Shown here piece by piece: positions 36,236-50,688 of a stretch of DNA of 64,000 nt. The stretch spans positions 62,001 to 126,000 of the forward strand of contig VJWM01000116.1 of the NCBI GenBank assembly GCA_010909165.1, read 5' to 3'. Under the pieces are notes generated by a model, which had not been told where the DNA came from, did no database searches, and saw nothing but the letters and a program-made list of their open reading frames with translations. Numbering within the stretch: position 1 is the first letter of the stretch; every line of letters begins with the position of its first letter. The stretch is from Anthoceros angustus. Taxonomy: Eukaryota; Plantae; Anthocerotophyta. A program made the translations under genes and the position numbers.

Positions 36236-37783
36236 TCATGTCTGCTAAACGTCTGGCCACTGCGTCAGTTTCTGCTGACTGAAAAGCCAGTTTTCACATC
36301 AGTTAGCAGACACATCCCTAACAGGAGATGCCAACCAGACAACTCGTACTTCTTCTGTGAGTTTGGACTTGGCCGGTAGTATTTCAAGTGAACATCCTAA
36401 GGAACCTTTTCAGCTCTCTCAGGTATCAGATCACGCACTCTGTTTGAAGAGACCTTGTTAGGATCGACAAGAAATGCACCTAGGCAGCAGCAAGTACCTT
36501 TCTGCAAAATCAATAGCTGATTCTCCAGGTCGCAAAGTTTGAGGTTTAAGGTACCACACATCACAAACTACAGCCCATGATATCATCAACCTGAGTAGGT
36601 CCATAGTGAAAGATTGTCTGCAAGACCGGCCAACAGAAATTCATTAGACATTGAACAAGTGCTTCCCACTCGTTGTGCAAGGATATCCTGGCCTTATGAC
36701 TTCTTGCTGATCCAAAATGCATCCACAAAGATCTTGTTGTACTTGATTGCTGTGGGGCATAGTGTACAGTTGAGCTCAAATGCACCCTGATTCACAAGTC
36801 CCTGTCAGTCTGCTGCAATGCATGAACAGAACCTCATGCCAGAAAACTCTCATCAGGGGAATAGCTGGTCAATACCCAACAACAAGTCATCCTTATCAAG
36901 TATATACATGCCTGTGCCCTACCTTTCGACCATCACTGTGTAGTCGTGGTTGAAACAGGTGCACTTCCGGGAGATGAGCAAAAGGATTGCTTTCAGGATC
37001 TTCCACATGCATCCTCAGTCTGGAAAATGAATGACCACTATCAGAACAAAAGGACAAAGTCCTGCATATGCATTGGCAAACAACCGGTACTTTGATTATG
37101 TTCGGTTGAACGATATGCAACCTGAGCTTTCAAGAACTATGGTTTGGAGCAGACCTGCCGTGATAAAGAAGAATATACATGATGCTTTTGCATAATGACT
37201 GCAAATGCAGTAATCTCTCCAGGACATTGAAGCCAATTATGGATGTGTGGTTTGTCACAAACCCCTGCCTTCACGGAATATTTATTTGAAAGTGTCACAC
37301 TAAAATGACTTCACGGAGTTGCACAGAACGCTAACAATACCAGTGTCCTTAATCATAGTCCAGGCGGCTTGCAGGCTTGCAAGCTTTTCTTGAGTTCCAT
37401 AAGAACTTAAAATTCTCATGGAACTCATCAAAAGCCTGCACCTATCAAACTGATATCCACTTCTACCGCAGACTGTTGATGACCCTCCAGAGTGAAATGT
37501 ACAACCATGAAAAGCATAAGGAGGATTATCCAGCCAACTACAAGCAGACACAGTCTGGAGACTGACTGGTATCAGTAGCAGCCATCAAGTCCCATCTCAA
37601 AACTTCAAATGGAAGCCTGGCAGGCACACAGACAGGCTCAGCTGGTTGGACAAGTACCTTACTGGAAAAGGAACCCCAGATCTCAAAACCACTCCCAGAC
37701 ACCACAGAGGGAACAGGTGTGCAATCCAATTCCATGGATCTCGTGGATTCGGCTTGAAACATCTCGTAAATAAATCCAGCCAG
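36236..37783 (-). pseudogene. GPAT9: Inverted, diverged GPAT9 pseudogene (introns retained)
   Basis: Reverse complement aligns to 21433-23251. Lesions: NHTSMID changed to NHTSIIG, KVPW changed to KVP* (TAG), and loss of the exon encoding FVASWTGVIRYHGPRP. Confidence 0.9.
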
Positions 37784-39677
37784 AGATGTAGGCCTCTCTG
37801 CATGATGCCTTGCCACTTCTGCGGACCGTCGCTGTGCGAGACGAGATGTGCTAACTTGGCTCGCAAATTTCTGGCAGGATTCGTTTACGAGATGTTTCAA
37901 GTCGAATCCACCAGAACCATGGAATTGGAACGCATACTTGTTCCCTCTGTGGTGTCTGGGAGTGGTCGTGAGATATGGAGTTCTTTTCCCAGTAAGGTAC
38001 TTGTCCAACCTGTCGGTTTACCTGCCAGGCATCCATTTGAAGCGTTGAGATGGGACTCGATGGCTGCTACTGATACCAGTCAGTCTCCAGACTGTGTCTA
38101 CTTGCAGTTGGCTGGGTAATCTTCCTTGTACTCTTCATGGGTGTACATTTCTCTCTGAAAGGTCATGACAGGCTGCGGAAGAAGTTGGAGGTCAGTATGA
38201 TGGCGGATCTTGCAGGCTTTTATTGAGTTTCGTGAGGATGCGTGATTGAAGCTAGCCTGATCGGGTTCTTATCTGAACGCTGCTTTTGTCCAAGGGCATA
38301 CAGAGAGGTTTAGTGGAGTTCATCTGCAGTGTTTTCGTTGCTTCATGGACTGGGGTGATCAGATATCATGGGCCACGACCAAGCCGGCGAGCGAAGCAGG
38401 TGCAAATATTTGTTGTGGAGATAGTGTGATCAAGGGCACTAGTGTCGTTACCGTAAACTCGGTCTTACTCTGACAGCTTTCAAATAAATATTGCGTGAAG
38501 GCAGGTGTTTGTGGCAAACCACACGTCCATGATTGACTTCATAGTCCTGGAGCAGATTACTGCATTTGCAGTTATCATGCAAAAGCATCCTGGCTGGTTG
38601 GTAAGCAGCTGGTTGTTCAAAAGTTAACTGCTCTTGACAGGGTGGGATTGGTTCACATGTACATTCTTGATGATCCTGCAGGTCTGCTGCAAACCACGGT
38701 GCTCAGCTTAGGTTGCATATGGTTCAACCGGACAGAGTCAAAGGATCGATTGGTAGTCACTCGGAAGTAAGTCTATGACATTGTGGGATCTGTTTCCTTT
38801 GCATATGCAGGAGGTTTGCTTTTTGTCCTGATGGTGGTCTCTCATTCTTGCAGACTGAGGGCGCACGTAGAAGACCCTGAAAGCAATCCTCTGCTCATCT
38901 TTCCGGAAGGGACCTGTGTCAACAACGAGTACACAGTGATGTTCAAAAGGTAGGGTACAGGCATGTACTCAATAAGCATGACTTGTTGTATGGTCATGAC
39001 CAGCCATTCCCCTGTTCATGAGGTTCTATTGATGATTTGCAGCAGACTGACGCGTCCTTGTGAATCAGGGTGCATTTGAGCTCGACTGTACGGTGTGCCC
39101 CATAGCAATCAAGTACAACAAGATCTTTGTGGATGCGTTTTGGAACAGCAAGAAGTAGGGAATAGAGCCAGGATTTCCCTGCATGCCTAGTGGAAGCAGT
39201 TGAATTCTGTTCAATGTGTAACAAACTCTCTTTGCCCGGTTTGCAGACAATCTTTCACTATGCATCTACTACGGTTGATGACATCATGGGCTGTAGTTTG
39301 TGATGTGTGGTACCTTGAACCTCAAACTTTGCGACCCGGAGAATCAGCTATTGATTTTGCAGAAAGGTAGGGCATCTGGTTTACTTGCTGCTGCCTCGGT
39401 GCATTTTTTCTTGATCCTCACAAAGTCTCTTCCGTACAGAGTGCGTGATCTGATAGCTAAGAGAGCTGGAGTGAAAAGGTTCCTTGGGATGGCTACTTGA
39501 AATACTACCGGCCAAGTCCCAAACTCACAGAAAAGAAGTACGAGTTGTCTGGTTTGCATCCCTTGTTTATGATGACACGTCTGCTTTTCACGTGAAAACT
39601 AACTTCTGTCCGCGAAAACCCTTTGCAGGCAGCAGAAGTTCTCTGAGGCAGTTCTCAGACGTTTAGCCGACAAATGA
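37784..39677 (+). pseudogene. GPAT9: 5'-truncated GPAT9 copy (lacks the promoter and first two exons)
   Basis: Near-identical to 21346-23251. Confidence 0.85.
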
Positions 39678-40517
39678 CAAATCCTAGACATGGTGGTTTT
39701 GCAAGCCTTTACCAGCTACAATTTTGCACTCCCAAGCTTTCGCAGCTGACCACGCTGCTGATAAAGCGAGATCTTCACTGCTGATTTCAGACTGTTGATT
39801 TATCTCCTTTTCTGCGAGAATCAACATTGTGAGATAAGAGTTCAAGAAAAGGTTTGGTGCCTGGTTGATCACTGACTCCGGTTTGTTGCCACTGGTTTTC
39901 CTTGTCGGCGGCGTCCTCTGTCCGCACGGCACCTGCATTCCTTACGTTTAGCACACGGCATCAGTATACAGACGTGCGTTGACACGATTGCTCGGTGATG
40001 ACACGCTTGCTCGGTGAAGGCGCAAAACAGATTATGGATATGTCGTAGGTTGAGTACAGAATGGATTGGTATGTTTCTTACAGTGGCCTTTGGTGCCTTC
40101 CAATTGGTTGTCGATCATGGTGCCGAGGTGGCCAGGTCCTAGCGCCACCACGAACATCCAAGCAGGGAGGAGGGAGAGTGCAAAACATACTCATTGCGGA
40201 GATTTCTCCCAAGTCGGCAAGACCAGTGAGCTCATCAAGGGACCATATCAATTTTAGGGTTAAAGAACCAGAGGACGCTAAAATTTGGGTAGAGGATGCT
40301 CGATGCCGTAGAATCAACGCTCTGTCCATGAAGAAGCCCGTGACAGAAATTTGGCTACATGAAAATTAATCCCCTACATCCCAGATCCATCAATAAATGA
40401 ATGTCTTGTGCTGGCGCTACTGGTGTACTGAGCAGGAGGAGATGACCATCTTCAACATACATGCCGCTGTATTAATAAAAATAATTTAATTCAAATGCCT
40501 ACCTCCTGTCATTGAAG

Positions 40518-43500
40518 TCAAGCCGTCACCACCTCATCCACAAGCTCAGGTTCTTCCAGCTCTGGTGGTGTCTCGTCCATGTCCAGTTGGCCACCTACTT
40601 CTACTTCTACCTCCTCCTCTTCCTCATCTTCATCATCGTCTTCAGAGGTATCATCACCGTTCTTTTACGTTTCTTCCTACCTCGACGCTCCTCCCAGGAG
40701 TTTTGAGAGGAACCTCGAATCCCGTTTGTCTCCAGCTTCACAAAACCTCGTGAATTCTTGAACAGGTACGGGGTCTGGAAGGCGAATATTGACAGGTTGG
40801 TGCACTCAAATGACATGTCCGTGAACCTGGAGGCATGTCAGAACAGGACAGAAAACGTCAGCCTGGACTACATCCGATAACTCAATTCACAGGAAGCACT
40901 CAGCGGGCAAGGACCTGAAGGTGTTCAGGCACTCTGTTTCTTGCAGCACACGGCAGGAGCAACGGTATCCCTCCTTGTCCGGCTTTGCTGATGCATCTGG
41001 TTGTGCCTTCGTGAACTGACTCTCCAGTATGTACTGAACATCATGTCATTGGTGAGGTACATGGCCACATGATAGCTTTAGCGGGTGTATGAGCACACAC
41101 GTACTTACCACAAAGTAATGATTCCTCGCAGCAGGGCAGTGGATAGCCCAAATCTCGTCTTTCCCTGGATATATAAAATAACCATGGCCTATCTTGAAGC
41201 AGGAATTGACCCTGAGCACAGTGTAGTTCAATGAGACGGAGGGAACATCATGGTACCGCAGACACTGGCTACACGGCAGTTACCCTTTAGACGTGGAGCA
41301 GCAGTTTCCAAAATCGCCCTTCTCAAACAGTACAAGACCCACAACCCCAAAGCAGATTGGAGGAAAGAGCTGCCATAAACCTGTGGGAAAAGGCTACCCA
41401 GCAGTCTTGTCTTTCTACTTCCGTGTGGCAGTCGTACAGCCCAGTACCTCTATTTGGACTCCACTGATCAGCCTCTCGTCTCATGTACGCAGGTGCCAAC
41501 TCAAAAACGTCTGAAGCATCCAAGGGCACCTGCAGCGAGCATCAGAGAGTACTGGGAAGCTACTCCATTCTGATTCATACAAGTTTCTGTGAATGGAACT
41601 CACACAACGATTTCCAGCTGTCTTCTCCTTGGGAGAACCGACCACCAGTTCTTGACACTTTCCGCGTACCAGTTTGGTCTCTTGCGTGAGTTGTACAATG
41701 CCCAGAGCTACAAGATCCAAGACACCGTGGATTGCTGATATGCCATGCGAACAATGCGCACTGCTGACATCCGGTGAAACCAGAATACTTCTGCTCTGCA
41801 ACAAGTGGGTCAAGGGCTTCTACCTCTTTCATTACAGTTGATTCTTCCTCACTAATTGCCTTTGGTAAACTGGCAGATGGGGACTGAGGAACCAATGCTT
41901 CATCAACCAGGAGTGCAGGAGGTAGGCAATCACAGGAACCTGCTCAGAACAAAGCCACTGACCCAGTCAGTGCTGACCCCTAGAGCCAAAGTCATATTGT
42001 GCTACATTTTAGAGCACCAGCCTACCGGAGAATGAGTTTCCAAGCAAACTCCATCGAATCCTGTGCGACTCCTTAATTGTAGTTCCTTTCCTTCCTCTCC
42101 TGCCAACACTGTCCATGAGGACCACAACCATGCCAGCATCATGAACAACAAAAGAACTTAACTGCGTCCATTTTGCTTGAGAAGGGTGTGAGACGATTAA
42201 ATTCATCACAGATGTCCAGCATTTCCAAATGCAGAGGGACAGACTGGTTTCTCACCCCTGCTATAGCTGACTTGTACTTGATGTTGGTGTACCCAGCTGG
42301 ATAACCCATAAGCTTCTCCAGCTCGGTTGTTGTGATGTAACGCAATGTCTTGGTCTCATTGTCGATTGCTCGCAGCTGCGCTTTCGTTCCTGCAGTATAG
42401 TTTGCAGCCAAGATACACTGGACGTGCCAAAGGTAAAACATTAATCCTCTGGTAAAGTTCCCCGTCAGGTTTGGACAAATCAAACATGCCTGCCTAGAAT
42501 ACACCAATGGCCAAGCTAAGCTAAAACACAAGATTACCCTGCTTTTAATTCAAGAGCGGTGGCTTTCTCTAGGATACTTTGCAATGATGTAGAATAGTGA
42601 TTTCTCAGATTTGGCATCCGATAAGGGTGCCCAAAATTTGTCCAATAGAGACGCCTCCGTTTGTTGGGAGTAAGTTCTTGGGAATCAATCTCTATAGGGA
42701 GACAATTTAAGCAATTCGAAATCTCATCCCTATCAACCCAAAACATTGAAGCAACATTTTCGGCAAGAAACCTGTCAAGACCATAACAGTCATAAGTACA
42801 GACAATAATACAGGTCTTGAACTCTACCTTCTCAAATATCTACTTAAGGCAATCACAACGGTGAGTACTACGAGGGGCAAACCCATGAACAAAGCATGTC
42901 TTGTGTTTAAAAACAGAGACCATAGATGTAAGATTCAACATGAGGGCATACATAAAAAGATGGAGTACCATCTTGGTGAGAAAAGCTCAATGATTCGGAG
43001 CATCTCAAAAAATAGTCGACTTCTGGTGCCATGTAGCCTAGGGAGATGCAACAAATGTAGAGCGACAAAATGAGCAATCGTTCAGCACGAATGCTTCCCC
43101 CCAAATCCAAAAACACTTGGGACGATGCAAGACGGTGAGCGTTTGTCAGAAGAGCCCAGCATCTGACTTTTGCTCCAATGCTTCTCTAGAAGGGGATTTC
43201 AAATACTACTGACCCAATCTTTTTTCCCATTGCGCTGAGGTCTTGACATGGAAAGCCACCCACAATCAAATCCACTTTCTCCGTGATAGCATCTTTCGTT
43301 ATTTCAGTTACATCTCCTATATGCTGGACGCTGGGATACCTTGCCTTCAAGAGTTGAACAGCATAGTGATTCTGGAATGATCAAACCAAAGTCCATGTGA
43401 TCATGGTTGAAGCAAGGCATCACCTGAGCTCAACTTCTGCGGTTATGTTTTCCGACACACACACAGAGACACACAAGACTCAAAGGGGATGCCGTGCTCG

Positions 43501-44462
43501 GCCTCCAGTCTTGCCCTCCTTGTTCCTACAATGCCCTGTTGCAGTACCTAGCAGCAAAGCACAGTAGTTGCATTAAACTGGATTCTTGCATGCTAGAGCA
43601 GCGTACTCACGATTTCAGCGCTATATCCCTTGTACGGGATCCCAAGATGGCTGAGAGCAGCCCACACCCCACCAATGCCGTCAAAGAGGCTAAGGACTAC
43701 CAGTGGGGACCCTGCCATAGCCCTGGGTCAAGCTTCAAAGACTTCAGCCAACTCTCAGCACTGCTGGGGTCCTCAGCTGCGCTGGTGAGCCGCAGCACCT
43801 GCATAGCCGCCCACCAGGCTCAATACACCCTTCTCGTGCCCCTCCTGCCCCATGCAAACCTCCAGCTCCATACCTCCTTGTGCAAAGAACTGCCGCAGCT
43901 CCCTCCATGCCACATTCCAGGCGAGCTAGCGCTTCCAGCATGGAGCCAGCTGTCCAGACCAGATACGTCAGCAGCAAGAAGAGAGGAAAGGAAACCACGA
44001 CGCAGGAGCGAGAGACCACGAGAAGCCGGAGCAAGACCCGGCTGCATGCGCCAACAAGAAGGCTTACTACCGACAGGCTCCCTGGACAGAAATGGAAGGC
44101 GTCTGTACCTACCATGTGTCTGCTTTTCACACTGCAGTCAAAGGGTGAACGAGCGAGCAGAGAAGGACTAGCCGTGCGGACGGAGACGGAATCCGATTCC
44201 CAGCCTGTTCTCGCCTCCATCTGTGACGACGTGGAAACATGGCAACGTGGCCCAGGCTTCCGTCTCGGCCACCCAGTGGGCCCGTCGCTGCCCCGTCTGC
44301 GCAGCGACCAAGATACTTCCTGCGCACACAATGCGCTTGCATGCCCGTAAGTATCTTGATTCTTCCTCCGCGCCAAGTCTCCGTCAATTCCCTGCTTTCA
44401 GAGACACCTGCTTCTTCCCTCCCTCGTCTCTGCCTTCCAGCTCCCAGCTTCCAGCTGCCCAT
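40518..44462 (-). CDS. DNMT3: DNMT3-DUF3444, copy 2 (many 1-bp indels)
   Basis: Near-identical to 24093-28061, with the same motifs. Confidence 0.8.
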
Positions 44463-44600
44463 CTTCCACTTCAATCCAGTCTTGGGCACTAGAGGGCCCC
44501 CGTCCCGTCTGAGGAAGGCGGAATTGTGCAGCCCCATCGTTTGAATCCGGGCGAGAATTCGCCGCCACTGGCGACAACCGCCGCCTGCTTCCGTTCGGGG

Positions 44601-46112
44601 ATGGCAGCCGCGTGGGACACTCTGCTCAGACCGACAGCGCTGCAGGGAGCCGCTTTGTGCCACCAGGAGGGCCGGTCCCGAGTGTGCGAAGCTCGGGTGA
44701 GGAGGTCTGCTGCCGCGGATTCCAGCTTCGGTGCAATTCGGGGGAGAGGATTGGTCGGCACAGCCAGCAGCAGGTCTGTCGGTGTGGTAGCGGTAGCTTT
44801 TCCGCAAGGGAGTAGAGCAGAAGACGAGGATTCTGGCAGCAGGTAGACAAGGGGCAGGAGGGGTGGGGAGGAGGAGGATACAGGAAGGAGCAGCGATGGC
44901 GGGTCTCCGGAAAGCAGGCCGCCGGGGAGGACCCAATTGTCGATCAAGCTCTGAACCTGACGGAAAATTCCTCCGACATCAGACGGATTTTGAAGACGGT
45001 CTCCTCTCGGGCTTACGACATGCGACGGCAGCTCCAGCAGAACATGGACGCCAGTAGCTATGATGGTACTGTCTGATTCCGATTCCCGATCTGATTCCGG
45101 TACGTGCATCGTTTGCTTTTTCGCTTTAGGAATTGCTACAGGACGTCCTTCTGCTCTGGAGCAGGCATCAGGGTAATCAGAGCATGTTGTGTTCTTGGAA
45201 TACCAGGAGAGGAGTTCTGTGCACATGCAGGGATGCTAAACTGTGTCAAGGTGTGGATTTGAGTTTTCAATCACCCATTGCCCTTTGCCATGCAATGCAA
45301 TGCAGTGTTGGAGGCTAATCCATGGAGGATTCCTCTAAGCCAGTCTACGTTCTTGCGAAAGAGGAGGACGAGCTTCTCACCATGAGGACGAGGAGGGTGC
45401 GGAGGTGTTCACCGATTCCCTCTTACTCACACCTTGTGCTTTCTTTCCATAACCAAGTGGTCCACCAGTGCACCATGTCCAGCTGATTAGGGCAGACGGT
45501 TCTGTGCTCATTGTGCACTAACCGAGATTGTTTCTTATGAAAGTGAGTGAGGTCGAGAGGGAGTTGGGGCTCCTGTTCCTAAACGAGGCAGCAGGCGAGG
45601 GAACTAAAAGGCCAACCACCACGTACGAGAACGTGTCATCGTCCATGCCCACCACCACCGACAACCGGTTTCGGATGTCGGTGGAGGACGTCCGCGAGGA
45701 GTTCTGGTAGGCCTGCTGTACTGAAAGCCACTTCAAGAGCTTGAACCCTCTTCGAACTTCTCTCAAGAGACCTCACACTAGACTGGACCCCTGCAGGTTT
45801 TCGAGGACGAGGAAGAAGCAACCCGCTACTGCAGCCTGCTTGACGGCCAGGGCAAGAGCTGTATGGGCGTAGCAGAGTTGGATGCATCTGATGTAAGCAG
45901 AGATTCTGTAAGCAGCTGCTTTGCTTCTGGGTCCTTCTTGCTTCAGTAACCAGGTACTCGTTTGGTGATTCCTCGGTCCTCTTCTGCAGGTGTTCGCCAT
46001 GTGTCAGAAGACTCAGGCGTTGGCCGTGGTGTTTCGTCGTGGCCAGACTCCTCCTCAACCTGACCGACTCCAACTCAACCTCAAGGCCAGAAAGCGGTCT
46101 TTGGAGGACTGA
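44601..46112 (+). CDS. DUF3110-like protein, copy 2
   Basis: Near-identical to 28199-29724. Confidence 0.6.
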
Positions 46113-48046
46113 CACCTGCCCTGCAACCGGTCTGGTTTCGGTTTCCATTTCCCCTGACATGACCAGGTACGCGGAACCTCGGTCTCCTTCCCACCTCACG
46201 TCGCTACCGTTGTAGCCACTTGTACATAATTGGATGTCGTCAGGAACAGTTCATCTGATTCATCGAACGTAGTTTTCTGAGGTGCACTTAATACAACGTT
46301 CTCTTTATTGCTAGGTGTAAGAATAGAATAGGTTTAATTTTGTAATGGGAATTTATTTTTATATATTGGTAATGAGGTGAAAGCGAAGGGAATCAGGACC
46401 CTCGCTGAAGATTTCTCCCAGTTTTTGATCTGTTTTAACATACTAAACTTAAACAAAAGAGGTAATGCGGTGGATGCGCACTCTAACTAGCGGAAAGAGT
46501 ACGTAGTTTGAAGGAGGATATGTTGAATATTGCATCTTGAACTGTCTCAACTAACTCTGTCAAAGCCCAAAGTCTGTTCATCGATTGGCCTTTTCTAAAC
46601 GCTTTCTCCAAGTTTTTCGTTTCCCCTTGGTCAACCCATAACCCGAAATCTACTCGTTGAGTTGTTCAGCGCAGTGTTTGGGCTCTTGAATTTCTTTCAC
46701 ACGCGGGTTTCCTTTAAATCTTTGAGTGATGTCCGTGAATGGGTGGATTTCATGTTAGATTTAACAGCAAAAAAAACAAATCTCCATAGGAATGTCTAGA
46801 CCACATCGAGCACAAAGATTCTACAAATGCCTATCAGCCTCGGCATCTACCTTTGGTTCTACTAAACTGGAGGCGCTCACAAGGAGCGTCCTCTCCATGA
46901 CCTAGGCCAATGCCAGCTCCCGTGGCCCCTATCCACCAACCGTTCTATTGGTGGTTACCTTACCGTGATCGAGGAATCACTAACATATATTCTCGAAGGT
47001 TTGTGGCGGTGGCGTTGAGGCCATTGGCTGAAGGTAGCAAAGATCGATGATTTTGGAGACATTGTGTGCAAAGTCCGCCCCTCGCGCCAGTAGCTATGCC
47101 AGTTGTTTCATGGTTTGCAAATATGTTGCAATTGCTATGGAGGTCCGTTATGTTCCATTCTAGGATAGCAACTACTTCGGGTTTGGTCTTATGATGAAAG
47201 ATTTTGCTCAACGTGGATTGTTGTGAGGTGACAAAACCGACCACGGATGCTCCTCCGGCCATGGCTATGGAGTTTCGTGAGACATTGAAAATGTGAGGGT
47301 GGGAATGAGGGTCCATGTTTTCCCGAACACATGAGTTGATAGAGCAAAGACGTGCTTGTAATTGTGCAGCTCAAAACAGGTCACTCGGATTTTCCACGAA
47401 TTACTTATCGCTTATAAATCCATTCCTCAAAACAAGGGAAAGCCCCTTGGCATTCAGGGTCAATTAGTTGTAAAGATCTTGATGAAAAGGGCAACGGAAC
47501 TTGCCCAATCATTTCATTTGAAAAAGAAGAGAATGCCACTTGGACTTTCTAACATATCCTTGTCCTTATCAAATGTATGCATGGATAGGAATTTCTTTGT
47601 GGTTGTGGGAATGCCGAGAAATATGTGCATAGAATCACCTATACAATAGATCCCCAACCTATTCACTTTGCAATTCAAGGGTTTGAGAGATTTTCATATT
47701 ACATACTAGTTATGTACATAGACCTTTACATGTTTCGGGTAAGCACGAGGAATTAGCGTACCCATAGTAATAGAGATGGTGCACGATGTTATCCTTCATG
47801 GGGCTTTGGATTGCTAAAAACACTTAAATGATGTGCCACCATGGATGTAAGCGGTGGTTTCTCTGGCAATGGGTTTACAACTCAGTTTGCATTGGCAAGC
47901 TGATAAGCTATGAAGGGCACATTTCTTCAGCTTATTTTTGACATAGTTTTCTACTTCCAAAATTTTCACGCTATGACATTGGTCCATATATCAAGGATGG
48001 TGGACTAAAATTATCGAAAGAAGAGCAATTCACGGAACATATGATA

Positions 48047-50010
48047 TGTTTGTAAGCACTTCATAGGAAATATGGAGGCTTTAAAAGAAGCGAGATGGGA
48101 AGACCCATCTACCCCAAGCCGATGGGGAACAACCCACAAGAGGGCCGGAGGAGGGAGGGGCTAGCCCTCACAAATGTCGAACTGTAACTCTACCACTCCA
48201 AGAATGTCGTAGTGCGAGATAACAAAAGGCCTACCTACGATTTGGTGAGGGGCAAGGTAAGGCGCCCCGTCACCGCCTGATTGGGCACCACACCGCCGGC
48301 GCCTGCGTTTCACGCTCCTACTTCAGGCTCCGTGCTCGCGCTATGCACTCGCTCGCGCTATGCGCACCCCGCTCTGCGCCTGCGTGCTCCCCGCCGTGCT
48401 CACGGCTGCTGTGCTCGTGCTCCGTGCTCCGTGCTCCGTGCTCCGCAGGTGCGTGCTCCATGTTCTCGCCCGTGCTCCCCGCCTCATGCTCGTGCTCGCG
48501 TGCTCGTGCTCTGCTCAGGCTCCGGGCCCGTGCTCGTGCGGCTCCACGCCCGCCCCGTGACCAAAAATATATCACCCCATATTATAAATGGGGTGTAAGC
48601 ACTTCATAGAAGATATGGGTAAGATATATATATATTTGTCCTAAGCAAATATTGATGAAAGACATGATTAAGACATAGTATTTTGAGTAATTAAATCATA
48701 GTGGCGGCATGAGCTTAGGCATGAGGAAGTATCTTTCCCAACCAAGTGGGGATGCATTGAGAGAAGTGCATATATTAAGCATGTGATAAGGAATGAAAGG
48801 TCTGGTTGTAAGTGCCCTTGGCACTGGAAATTGTATCTGGGAGTTTTGAGCCTTTTGGAGTATAAGAGATTTAGAAATTTTATGAGGGCAAGTTTGGGGA
48901 AAAGCTACCTTCCTTCCAGTTGCAATGTTTTTCTGCTTTGTTTCTAATGGTTTCAAGTAGTGATTTTGGAGCATCTCATGCTTCACCCTCACCCTTTTAA
49001 GGAAGGTTTGCTAGGTTGGATTTTTTGTGAAAGTGTGCTTGCGCTGTGTGTATCCGGAAGACAATGCCTGGCATGCTCATCGACATGCTTCGCTAGTGGC
49101 CCACCGTATTGTCTTGATCTTGTCTCTATTCCTCTTTATACAATGGGCTACCTTGTTGATCCTCTTTTGTGATGTCTTGGTGTGAGTAAAGACCGAGGAT
49201 TGCTGTATGTGCCTCCCTCGCACTGCCCGCGCTCCGCTCCATGCTCGCGTGCTTTGTGCTCTTCGCTCCGTGACCAACAGAATATATATCACCCATATTA
49301 TATATGGGGTGTAAGCACTCATAGAAGATATGAGTAAGATATATATATATTTGTCCGGTAAGCAAATGTTGATGAAAGACATGATTAAGACATAGTATTT
49401 GAGTAATTAATACATGGAACTATTAGGCGTAAGCATGAGCTTAGGCATGAGGAAGTATCTTTCCCAACCAAGTAGGGATGCATTGAGAGAAGTGCATTCC
49501 AAGGATATTAAGCATGTGACAAGGAATGAAAGGTCCTAGTTGTAAGTGCCCCTTTGGCACTCTGAAACTGTATCTGGGAGTTTTGAGGCTTTTGGAGTAT
49601 AAGAAGGACAGTTAGACTAAATTTTATGAGGGGCGAACAATACTGGAGCAAGTTTGGGGAAAAGCTACCTTCCCCTTCCAAGTACTGCATGCTACAATGT
49701 TTTTTCCTGCTTTGCTGTTCTGATGGTTTCAAGTAGTGATTTTGGAGCATCTCATGCCTCAGCCCTCACTCTTTTTGCAGAAGGGTTGCTAGTTTGGATT
49801 TGTTGCTGTAGCATACTTGCATGCTATGTGTGTATCCAGCACACCAGCCGGCATGGCTCACTGATATGCTTCCGCTAGTGGCCCACTATGTATTATTTGG
49901 CTGATCTTGTCTCTACTCCCTCTCTATACAACGGGCTACCTTGCAGATCCTCTTTTGTGATGTCTTGGTGTGGAGTAAAGATTGTAGGATTGCTGTTGAG
50001 TTATCAAACA
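48047..50010. mobile_element. Composite repeat, copy 2
   Basis: Equivalent to 31682-33700, with many small discrepancies. Confidence 0.45.
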
Positions 50011-50688
50011 TTAGGATGCCTCGAACTCCCAAGCCAATCACCAAGCAGCGAGGACAAACACTTGCTAGAACTCACTATCCTTCTTGTTCTTTCTATCTCA
50101 AAACATGATGATGGAAGCTGCTTGTGCAGGATGCTAATTTTCTTTCTAGTCTAACCAGGCACAAGGCACCGGGTCACTAGTCGTCCTTGCCTTTGCTGCT
50201 GAATAATGCGTTGTTACGCCTCGAAAGTGCGTGAATAGAAAAGCGCGAATACTCATATGATTGCCATTTTGGCCACACACAAAATTCATTTTCAAATATT
50301 CATTTTGTCATCCCACCCACAATAACCGCCCTTCCGCCTATTTCACATGAGCCTTGACGGAAATCCGTCCTTAGTGGACTTAAAAGAATTCTTCTTCTTC
50401 TTGAAGCCTTGGCAGTAGCGTGTCTCCCCAGAAGTTCATAATTTGGAACTTTTCCAAAATACGGAGTTTGATTAAGGAGGAATTGGAGCGTTATTTGTGA
50501 TATCAAAAGCGCATGGGGACATCTAGCCTTCATATGTCGCCATTGTGCGACACATGCTAGCGGGTCAGAGCCACGGGTCATTGGGATGGACATTTAATGC
50601 TCATGCTCAGGAAGTTGGTGTGTGCACAGATTTCCACACCATTACCTCGTTGTTGCTCCACTTCATCTCGTTCTGGCGAGAGCTGGAA

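Larger units (their letters stand above)
21346..37783. repeat. Segmental tandem unit 1 (~16.4 kb)
   Basis: Sequence from 21346 (agatgtaggcctctc) restarts at 37784. Confidence 0.95.
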
